Positions 31,493-38,171 of a stretch of 64,000 nt of DNA are shown here, one piece after another (positions within the stretch are counted from its first letter, which is position 1; each line of letters opens with the position of its first letter). Both the position numbers and the translations under genes were made by a program. The notes under the pieces are model-generated. The model saw only the letters and a list, made by a program, of their open reading frames with translations, had not been told where the DNA came from and ran no database searches. The DNA comes from Patescibacteria group bacterium (lineage in GTDB: Bacteria; Patescibacteriota; Patescibacteriia; JBDRGY01), in the NCBI GenBank assembly GCA_043817315.1, contig JBDRGY010000002.1, positions 1,046-65,045 of the forward strand. The letters run 5' to 3'.

Positions 31493-31707
31493 AGACTAAA
31501 AACGCTTGCTAGTATTTCTCTTTTTAAGCTATAATCTTTCTAGTAAGCGTTTTTGTTTATGGGCCGGTCCCTAGGTCCCGCACTGCGGGACCGGGATCCC
31601 GATCACCAAAAGTGACTTAGGGATAGTTCAGTTTCCGCCAAAGGCGGACCAGCCTCTGGCTGGGGCTATCATCTCTTTGCGATAAAAAGTATTATATTAA
31701 TCAATTT

Positions 31708-31891
31708 GGGCCGGTAGTTCAGTTAGCTAGAATGCCTCCATGGCATGCCTGCCCGCCAGGACCCATGGGCCGTTGGCTCAGTTGGTAGAGCGTCTCCATG
31801 GCATGGAGAAGGTCACCGGTTCGAATCCGGTCCGGTCCATAGGCTCTGGCAGGCGGGGAGGAGGTCAGGGGTTCGAGTCCCCTCCGGTCTA
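31708..31891 (+). tRNA. Outer tRNA-Ala (GGC) gene interrupted between positions 38 and 39 by a 110-nt insert (31747..31856) that contains a second complete tRNA-Ala(GGC)
   Basis: 5' exon 31708..31746: GGGCCGG TA GTTC-AGTTAGCTA-GAAT G CCTCC ATGGCAT. 3' exon 31857..31891: GGAGG AGGTC AGGGG-TTCGAGT-CCCCT CCGGTCT A, followed by TTTTTTATTT. All stems pair (G1:U72, G3:U70). Insert flanks GCCTGCCCGCC and GGCAGGCGGGG are mutually complementary. Confidence 0.5.
31767..31839 (+). tRNA. tRNA-Ala (anticodon GGC), nested inside the outer tRNA-Ala locus; no encoded CCA
   Basis: Acceptor GGGCCGT with G3:T70, D-arm GCTC-AGTTGGTA-GAGC, anticodon stem TCTCC/GGAGA with loop ATGGCAT, T-arm ACCGG-TTCGAAT-CCGGT, discriminator A. 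Confidence 0.85.
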
Positions 31892-31967
31892 TTTTTTATT
31901 TGACCAACCGTTAAGCATTTGTTAAGTTTATATACTTTAAGAGTTGCTCTTTCCCCAGGGAGGGCGT

Positions 31968-32462
31968 ATGCGCGAGATGATCGTGGAGACAGTTCCGGTT
32001 GTTCCGGACCTAGGCAATATGGGTTGCCCTGATTGGTTTCACCACCACGGCCGTAAGATGCGGTTAACTGTGGCCGATACGACCAAGCAAGTAGTGGTCA
32101 TATCTGCTTCAGCGGCCACCTTGACCATCTCTGTCAAGGAAGTAGGTAGGGGCGACGAGTGGTTTGTGGCCTGGGAAGTTGTCCAGTCGCAGCTGGCGAA
32201 GACCAACGGACGCGTTGTCATGTCCTGCGATGAATTGAGTGCTGCCTTCGGCATTGCCGATCATTCTTACCGATACGGTGGTTGGGTCATCGAAAGATTC
32301 GGCGGCGACTCTGCCAATCAAGGCCAGTACCTTCGCTACCAGGATTTTCTCAACATCCCTTGTCCCGGCACCGGGCATGATGGTGATCCCAACATCTCTG
32401 TGGAGCTGGATGACGAGATTAAGGATGCCATTCGTCAACTAGTCAGAGCCCGCATGGGCTAA
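31968..32462 (+). CDS. Hypothetical protein (164 aa) on a compositionally atypical GC-rich segment
   Basis: ATG at 31968 preceded by GGAGGG RBS (the ORF track begins at an upstream TTG, 31944). About 55% GC against about 42% locally. No recognisable motif. Followed by terminator hairpin AGAGCCGATTCC...GGATTGGCTCT TTTT. Confidence 0.55.
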   Translation: MREMIVETVPVVPDLGNMGCPDWFHHHGRKMRLTVADTTKQVVVISASAATLTISVKEVGRGDEWFVAWEVVQSQLAKTNGRVVMSCDELSAAFGIADHSYRYGGWVIERFGGDSANQGQYLRYQDFLNIPCPGTGHDGDPNISVELDDEIKDAIRQLVRARMG

Positions 32463-32534
32463 GAGAACAGAGCCGATTCCATTAATGGATTGGCTCTTTT
32501 AAATTGCCCGGCCCTGCACCGAATTTGGTGCGGG

Positions 32535-32562
32535 TTGACATTATTTCTAGCTGTGTTATTAT
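32535..32562 (+). promoter_or_regulatory. Sigma-70-like promoter (TTGACA, 16-nt spacer, TATTAT)
   Basis: TTGACA at 32535-32540 and TATTAT at 32557-32562; the palindromic operator starts 7 nt downstream. Confidence 0.5.
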
Positions 32563-32568
32563 ATCAAT

Positions 32569-32585
32569 ATACCCCCTGGGGGTAT
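32569..32585 (+). promoter_or_regulatory. CsoR-type operator palindrome ATACCCCCTGGGGGTAT (site 1)
   Basis: Perfect 8+1+8 inverted repeat overlapping the predicted transcription start. Same class as known CsoR operators (TACCC...GGGTA with G/C tracts). Confidence 0.6.
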
Positions 32586-32602
32586 GTGGATAACTATATT
32601 AT

Positions 32603-33145
32603 ATGGCTGTCTTAAGAAATTTCAGTATCAAATTTGTCGATATAATGATTGGTGTTGTTTTGGGTGTTGGTTTTCAGTGGTGGCCCGACCTCAAAGAGGT
32701 CTGGCAGTATCTAGCATTCCTGTTTGTTTACTTAAATTTAATCGATTATTGGATTGACTATTCCCCTACTATCAAGAAATTCCCCTTAAAGAGAGAGTTA
32801 GACGTCATCCTTCATACTTTTATAATTTTCTCCATGTTTTTCCTGATATTTAACACCAGTAATTCTTTGTCTGCCTTTTTATTAGCGTTCGTTCTTTACC
32901 GCATTCTAGATATTGTGTGGATCTGGAGAATGAAAACCGTTTACAGGGCAAGCGCTTATGATAAAAAATTTCTCAATTCCTGGGGTTTACAAGATATTTA
33001 CGAAGTAGCCTTCACCTTGCTCCTGCTATTGGCTTTCTGGATGTGGAAAGGACAGCCGTTGTATTATTTACTTATTTTTATCGCCTTGAGAGTGCTTACT
33101 AGAATTATGGCTAGCTTGCGTTATAAAAAAATATATTATTCTTAG
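32603..33145 (+). CDS. Polytopic membrane protein of unknown function (180 aa), flanked by CsoR-type operators
   Basis: ORF track; about 5 TM helices, aromatic-rich (W/Y/F). No recognisable family. Confidence 0.65.
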   Translation: MAVLRNFSIKFVDIMIGVVLGVGFQWWPDLKEVWQYLAFLFVYLNLIDYWIDYSPTIKKFPLKRELDVILHTFIIFSMFFLIFNTSNSLSAFLLAFVLYRILDIVWIWRMKTVYRASAYDKKFLNSWGLQDIYEVAFTLLLLLAFWMWKGQPLYYLLIFIALRVLTRIMASLRYKKIYYS

Positions 33146-33150
33146 TGTAA

Positions 33151-33167
33151 ATACCCCTCCGGGGTAT
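33151..33167 (+). promoter_or_regulatory. CsoR-type operator palindrome ATACCCCTCCGGGGTAT (site 2)
   Basis: 7+3+7 inverted repeat, 14 nt upstream of the CsoR-like gene start; near-identical half-sites to site 1. Confidence 0.6.
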
Positions 33168-33180
33168 ATCCATAGCTAAT

Positions 33181-33420
33181 ATGTCCAAACAATCTCCTCT
33201 GATTAGTCAAATCAATCGCACTTGTGGCCAGCTGGAAGGCCTGGCCCGGTTAACTAAGGACAAAAGAGCTTGTCCTGAAGTGATAAACCAGTTTTTGGCG
33301 ATCAAGGCTGGTCTTAACCGCATCGGCATGTTAATTTTAAGTGACGAATATAAAAACTGTTCACTGAAAGACCGTAAAAGAATGGAAGTATTAATAAAAA
33401 ACATATTCAAAATTAAATAG
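33181..33420 (+). CDS. CsoR/RcnR/FrmR-family metal-sensing transcriptional repressor (DUF156)
   Basis: 79 aa with INRTCGQLEGLARLTKDKRACPEVINQFLAIKAGLNRIGMLILSDEYKNC. This matches the family pattern R-x-xGQ-x-G-x-x-RM...C-x-x-(I/V)-x-Q...A-(I/V)...AL...(L/I)L and the candidate metal ligands Cys/His(Glu)/Cys. Confidence 0.7.
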   Translation: MSKQSPLISQINRTCGQLEGLARLTKDKRACPEVINQFLAIKAGLNRIGMLILSDEYKNCSLKDRKRMEVLIKNIFKIK

Positions 33421-33434
33421 AAAGGTGATAAAAA

Positions 33435-33764
33435 ATGGCAGAAATGCAATTTACCGATGACAACTTCGAACAAGAAGTATTAAAGGAGGAAACCATGCCG
33501 GTCTTGGTAGATTTCTTCGCTACTTGGTGCCCGCCTTGCAAAATACTGGGCCCCATCATTGAAGAATTGGCCAAAGACTTTGAAGGCAAAGTAAAGATTG
33601 GCAAGATAGACGTGGATCAAAATAAAAAGTACGCGGCCCAATACGGTGTCCAGAGTATTCCAACAACTATCCTTTTTCAGAACGGGGAGGTCCTGGAAAC
33701 ATTGATGGGCTTACAGCAAAAGGACAAATTAGAAGAACTATTGAACAAACAGCTAAAAGCTTAA
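33435..33764 (+). CDS. trxA: Thioredoxin
   Basis: 109 aa with the WCPPCK active site. Confidence 0.9.
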   Translation: MAEMQFTDDNFEQEVLKEETMPVLVDFFATWCPPCKILGPIIEELAKDFEGKVKIGKIDVDQNKKYAAQYGVQSIPTTILFQNGEVLETLMGLQQKDKLEELLNKQLKA

Positions 33765-33774
33765 TTCTAAAACA

Positions 33775-33969
33775 ATGCCAATATTCGAATACCAATGTCG
33801 TGACTGCGATCTTAGCTTTGAAAAATTAGTTAAGGATTCGGACACCAAGGTCATCTGTCCCAATTGTAAAAAGACCAACAACCAGAAGCTGGTCTCCTCT
33901 TTCAGTTCCAAGCAACCCGGCTGTTCCGGCTGTGGCCATGATTGTTCGGCCTGCTCTAAAGATTTATAA
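33775..33969 (+). CDS. FmdB-family zinc-ribbon protein (putative regulatory protein)
   Basis: 64 aa MPIFEYQCRDCDLSFE...VICPNCK...; CxxC...CxxC zinc ribbon with a Cys-rich C-terminal tail. Confidence 0.65.
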   Translation: MPIFEYQCRDCDLSFEKLVKDSDTKVICPNCKKTNNQKLVSSFSSKQPGCSGCGHDCSACSKDL

Positions 33970-33987
33970 GCAATAACAATAAATAAT

Positions 33988-34938
33988 ATGTATGATGTCA
34001 TAATAGTCGGTGCCGGGGCATCCGGTCTTACGGCTGCTATCTATGCCAGTCGCCGCAATTTAAAAACTTTAGTGATCTCCCAAGATATCGGTGGCCAGGC
34101 GGCCACTACTCCTGAAGTAGAAAATTATCCCGGGTTTGAGGAAATGACTGACGGTTTTGAATTGATGCAAAAATTTAAATCCCAAGCCGAGAAATTCGGT
34201 GCCGAAATAAAAACAGGCGAAGTAACCGGAATCGAGAGGCAAGAGCATAAGTTCATTGTAAAAACTCCGGTGGAAAATTTGGCGACGGAGTCAGTTGTTT
34301 TAGCTTTTGGTCTAACTCATCGTCATCTGGGCGTCCCAGGAGAAGAGAATTTAATTGGCAGAGGGGTAACTTACTGCGCCACTTGTGACGGTCCCCTTTT
34401 CCGAGACAAAACTATCGCAGTTGTCGGAGGTGGAGCTTCCGCCATGGAAACTGCCTTGTATATGTCAGAAATGGCTAAGCAGGTTTATCTGGTCCACCGA
34501 CGTGATCAATACCGTGGCGAAGAAGTGATGCTCAAACGATTAAATGAAGCCAAAAATATTGAGCAAGTATTAAATTCCCAAATTGAAGAAATTAAAGGCC
34601 AAGATAAAGTTGAGGCTATTACAGTCAAAAACAATGAAGGGATAGCTAGAGAAATAAAAGTTGACGGAGTTTTTGTGGAAATCGGCTTGGAAGTAAAATC
34701 AGAGTTTATCAAGGGGTTAGTGGACTTAGATGAGAAAAATCAGATCATAATTGACGCCATCAATCAAACCAATTGTCCTGGAATTTACGCTGCTGGGGAC
34801 GTCACCAATATAGTATATAAACAAATAGTCACTTCGGCCGGTGAGGGCGCTAAAGCTGCTTTGTCAGCCTATCAATACCTGCAAAAGAAGAAGGGGTTGC
34901 CCCCGCAAGTCGATTGGGGTAAAAAGAAAGAAAAATAA
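33988..34938 (+). CDS. trxB: Thioredoxin-disulfide reductase
   Basis: FAD motif GAGASGLTAA, redox-active CATCDG, NAD(P)H motif GGGASAME. Confidence 0.9.
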   Translation: MYDVIIVGAGASGLTAAIYASRRNLKTLVISQDIGGQAATTPEVENYPGFEEMTDGFELMQKFKSQAEKFGAEIKTGEVTGIERQEHKFIVKTPVENLATESVVLAFGLTHRHLGVPGEENLIGRGVTYCATCDGPLFRDKTIAVVGGGASAMETALYMSEMAKQVYLVHRRDQYRGEEVMLKRLNEAKNIEQVLNSQIEEIKGQDKVEAITVKNNEGIAREIKVDGVFVEIGLEVKSEFIKGLVDLDEKNQIIIDAINQTNCPGIYAAGDVTNIVYKQIVTSAGEGAKAALSAYQYLQKKKGLPPQVDWGKKKEK

Positions 34939-34940
34939 TA

Positions 34941-36218
34941 ATGAATTCTTTTAGTTCCACTAAAAATTCCATAAAAGAAGCAGCCCGAGTAATTGATTTG
35001 GATAACAATGTCCTGGAGCAGATCCTTTATCCTGACCGCATTATCCAGGTCAAAGTGCCTATTAAAAAAGACGATGGATCAATCAAGATTTATCAGGGCT
35101 ATCGAATTCAATACAATAACGCCCGTGGACCTTACAAGGGCGGTATTCGTTATCACCAGGATGTTAATTTGAACGAAGTGCAGGCCTTGGCCGCTTTAAT
35201 GAGTTTAAAAACTGCAGTAACCGGTATCCCCATGGGAGGTGGCAAGGGGGGCATCAAGGTTAATCCCAAAGAACTAAGTAAACCTGAATTGGAACAGCTG
35301 TCTCGTAATTTTATGCGGGCGCTCTTTGAACACGTTGGCCCCAAAAAGGATGTCTTAGCACCAGACGTTAATACCAACTCCACCATCATGAGTTGGATGA
35401 TGGATGAATATTCCCAAATGGTCGGACACAGTGAGCCAGCCGTCGTCACCGGAAAACCTTTATCGATTGGCGGTAGCGAGGGGAGAGAAGAGGCAACTGC
35501 CCTGGGCGGCTATTACATTATTAAACAACTGGTTAAGAAATATAAACTACAGCCTCAAAAAACCCGGGTGATTATCCAGGGGTTTGGCAATGTAGGTTAT
35601 AACTTGGCGGAAATTTTATTTAAGAAAAAATTCAGGCTGGTTGGTTTTTCTGATTCTCAAAGCGCTCTCTATTCCCAAGAAGGACTAAATCCCGACTCCA
35701 CCATGAGAAGTAAAAAGCATAAAGGCTATATTGATGACTGTTACCTGGCCGGTTCGGTCAAGGATTGCCGCCCCGAATCTGATCACCTAAAACATCATCT
35801 GCATATTACCAACAAGCAGTTACTAACTCAGCCTTGTGATCTTCTAATACCGGCGGCCTTGGGTGGGGTGATTGATTCCAGCAACGTGGGCCGGGTTAAA
35901 GCCAAATACATCGTGGAAATGGCCAACGGTCCCATCACCTTTGAGGCTGACCAAAGGTTGGCCAAGAAAAAAGTAGTGGTAATTCCTGACATCCTTTCCA
36001 ATGCCGGTGGCGTAACGGGATCATATTTCGAATGGCTGCAAAACATCCAGGGGCAATCTTGGACTAAAGCTCAGTTTAACAATAGACTAGAGCAAATTAT
36101 GAAAACTGCTTTTGATCAGGTTGATAAAATTGCTGCTCAATACCAAATCAGTATGCGAACCGCTGCTAACGTTCTGGCTCTGCAAAGAATCGGTCAAGCC
36201 ATCCAAGACAGGCAATAA
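34941..36218 (+). CDS. gdhA: Glutamate dehydrogenase (Glu/Leu/Phe/Val dehydrogenase family)
   Basis: GGGKGGI glycine-rich catalytic motif, KGGIRYH, and the NAD(P)-binding GFGNVG. Confidence 0.9.
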   Translation: MNSFSSTKNSIKEAARVIDLDNNVLEQILYPDRIIQVKVPIKKDDGSIKIYQGYRIQYNNARGPYKGGIRYHQDVNLNEVQALAALMSLKTAVTGIPMGGGKGGIKVNPKELSKPELEQLSRNFMRALFEHVGPKKDVLAPDVNTNSTIMSWMMDEYSQMVGHSEPAVVTGKPLSIGGSEGREEATALGGYYIIKQLVKKYKLQPQKTRVIIQGFGNVGYNLAEILFKKKFRLVGFSDSQSALYSQEGLNPDSTMRSKKHKGYIDDCYLAGSVKDCRPESDHLKHHLHITNKQLLTQPCDLLIPAALGGVIDSSNVGRVKAKYIVEMANGPITFEADQRLAKKKVVVIPDILSNAGGVTGSYFEWLQNIQGQSWTKAQFNNRLEQIMKTAFDQVDKIAAQYQISMRTAANVLALQRIGQAIQDRQ

Positions 36219-36235
36219 TATTAATAAAATGAGGT

Positions 36236-36282
36236 CCGTTGCTTGAGTAGTTCAGGCTCAACCGGGCCTATTTTTTATTTGA
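36236..36282 (+). terminator. Terminator hairpin with a tRNA-3'-end-like shape (GGTCCG...TTGAG-TAGTTCAGG-CTCAA-CCGGGCC TA TTTTTT)
   Basis: Stem-loops followed by a T-run. Its tail CCGGGCCTATTTTTTATTTGAC parallels the 3' end of the outer tRNA-Ala at 31884-31905 (CCGGTCTATTTTTTATTTGAC). Confidence 0.35.
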
Positions 36283-36356
36283 CTAAATCGCTCATATAAA
36301 ATAAGCTATCTTAAAGCTCATTAATAGTCACCCCACCCGCTCCAAGGAGGCAAACA

Positions 36357-36995
36357 GTGAATGTTGTGCTGTTGGGCAAACCGGGCTGTGGTAAGGGCAC
36401 CCAGGCTGAGATGATAATCGAGCCCCTGGGCCTCACCCATCTTTCTACGGGGAATATCTTCCGGGAACACCTGGCACAAGGAACGGAACTGGGCAACCGG
36501 ATAAGATCCATCATGGACGACGGGGAACTGGTAGACGATACTACTACCTGCCAAGTCGTTGCTGACTTCTTGGGACAGCATCAAGGTCAGTATATTCTCT
36601 TTGATGGTTTCCCCCGCACCGTGCCTCAGGCTGACTGGCTTGATAGTGAAGATGGAATTCCTCTTGACCTGATCATATTGATGGATCTACCTGATGAGGA
36701 AGTGATCAGGAGACTAACCTCCAGAAGACAGTGTCGCCAGTGCGGCAAGATCTACAACGTGCTGTTCTTTCCTCCCCAGAAAGAGGGAGTCTGTGACGTC
36801 TGCGGCGGAGAAGTCTATCAGCGTGATGATGACTCTGAGGAAGTGGCCCGCGAGCGGCTAGAGGAATTCTACGAGGAGACAGCCCCTCTAATCGACTACT
36901 ACCGTAATCAGGGCCGCTTGACTCCTGTTGATGCTTCTGGAAGCCGCGAGGAGACTAACGCCAAGATAGTCAGTTTACTGGAGGAAATCAAATAG
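36357..36995 (+). CDS. adk: Adenylate kinase (long form with Zn-binding lid)
   Basis: GTG start with AAGGAGG RBS. P-loop GKPGCGKGTQA. Lid with CRQCGKIYN...CDVCGG. GC-rich (about 53%) relative to surroundings. Confidence 0.9.
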   Translation: MNVVLLGKPGCGKGTQAEMIIEPLGLTHLSTGNIFREHLAQGTELGNRIRSIMDDGELVDDTTTCQVVADFLGQHQGQYILFDGFPRTVPQADWLDSEDGIPLDLIILMDLPDEEVIRRLTSRRQCRQCGKIYNVLFFPPQKEGVCDVCGGEVYQRDDDSEEVARERLEEFYEETAPLIDYYRNQGRLTPVDASGSREETNAKIVSLLEEIK

Positions 36996-37130
36996 CTCTC
37001 ATAGTCCCGATTCCATCGGGACTTTTTATTTGACGAATCGCCTCAAATCAAATAGCATAGAAGATAGTTTCGCACAAGTTCTTTCCCAGCAGAAGTCACC
37101 TAAAGAAACCTCCACCAAAGGAGGTGTCTG

Positions 37131-37211
37131 ATGAAGAATTGGAGGATTTTTATTATCTTACTTCTGCTGCTATCATCAGGTGGCATTGCCACCGCAGGCC
37201 TGTTCATCTAG
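37131..37211 (+). CDS. Small hydrophobic peptide (26 aa) with strong RBS
   Basis: AAAGGAGGTG then ATG; product MKNWRIFIILLLLLSSGGIATAGLFI. The RBS lies in the hairpin ACCTCC-ACCAAA-GGAGGT. The stop overlaps the terminator hairpin GGCCTGTTC...GAACAGGCC. Confidence 0.3.
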   Translation: MKNWRIFIILLLLLSSGGIATAGLFI

Positions 37212-37334
37212 AACAGGCCTTTTTGTTTCACGTGAAACGGTTTTTGGCCAAAAACATATATTCGTTATATAATCAAAAAACGCTCTTTTAAACAATTAGG
37301 GCAAAACAAGTTTCTTCAGCCACAAGGAGGAGAG

Positions 37335-38087
37335 ATGGATCTGGGCGACAGAGGCATTGATAGGGTCGAATTTCGGCTGCTGGAAGTAAGCAACGGTCAC
37401 AGCTCTGACTGGATGACTTTCTGTGACATCAGATCCTTGTCTGATTTCCTGGACCTGATGGAAGGCTGGCAGGAGTGGCTGGTTCCAGACATTCCCGATC
37501 TTGACCGCTTCCTGGTTTGGGTCTATTTCGAGGATGGAACCAAGCGCACTTTTGAAGTAACTGAGGCCTACGCCGCAGATTACACTAACGCTCCAGAAGA
37601 GGTCACCTACCCCATTTCCTCTGAGGCCTTCTACTTCTTGGCTCGGGCCGTTCAGACTCATAGTTTCAGCTCGCTGGCCAAGCTGTCTCTTGTTCGCTGT
37701 CTGAGCGCTACAACCAAGATAGAGGTCAATAACACTTGGACTTGCGATGACCCGCATGGCTGGAAACAACGCCGAGGCAGCATCGAAGGCGATCTCTTGG
37801 GCCCTATCATCGAAGCCCTTAGGCCAGGCGACCCGGTCGGCTTTTTTATGGCCAGCCCCCAAGTTCCACATTACTGGATCAGCCTGTATGATGCCGACAA
37901 CCATCTCCTGGTTGACTTTCTGGTGTTGGATCGCCTCATCCATCTCGGCGGTCAAGCATCCGACTGGTTCTTCTTCGGCGCTGCTAACCTGCACACCTTA
38001 CTCGATGAAGTCATGCAAGGCTTCCCGGTAACATCAACCGATCTCGACGAAGTTATTGAAGCGCTGGCCCAATCAAGAAGTTACTAG
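37335..38087 (+). CDS. Hypothetical protein (250 aa), GC-rich, no recognisable family
   Basis: AAGGAGGAG RBS then ATG; about 56% GC. The antisense ORF 37296..37994 is a shadow of the high-GC coding strand. Followed by a complex terminator (CTCCATCGAG...CTCGATGGAG TTTTTT). Confidence 0.55.
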   Translation: MDLGDRGIDRVEFRLLEVSNGHSSDWMTFCDIRSLSDFLDLMEGWQEWLVPDIPDLDRFLVWVYFEDGTKRTFEVTEAYAADYTNAPEEVTYPISSEAFYFLARAVQTHSFSSLAKLSLVRCLSATTKIEVNNTWTCDDPHGWKQRRGSIEGDLLGPIIEALRPGDPVGFFMASPQVPHYWISLYDADNHLLVDFLVLDRLIHLGGQASDWFFFGAANLHTLLDEVMQGFPVTSTDLDEVIEALAQSRSY

Positions 38088-38171
38088 ACTGTTCCTTTAG
38101 CTCCATCGAGCCTGCCTATCGGCAGACAGGCTGGTCTCGATGGAGTTTTTTAATTTGCTATAATAAAGATA

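Noticed and set aside
30502-31891. Reading the tRNA-half/tRNA/tRNA-half pattern as a permuted tmRNA or a group I intron
   Set aside because: The inner genes are ordinary tRNAs with Ala anticodons. There is no tmRNA tag reading frame or pseudoknot region. Inserts of 110-210 nt are too short for group I or II introns, and I could not recognise P/Q/R/S or domain V-like elements.
31944-31967. TTG start for the GC-rich ORF given by the ORF track
   Set aside because: The ATG at 31968 has a properly spaced GGAGGG RBS. The TTG extension would place the start inside the promoter-like region right after the tRNA.
37296-37994. 232-aa minus-strand ORF overlapping the 37335..38087 plus-strand gene
   Set aside because: The plus-strand frame has a strong AGGAGG RBS and a terminator. 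In 56%-GC DNA long antisense shadow ORFs are expected. No RBS or signals on the minus strand.
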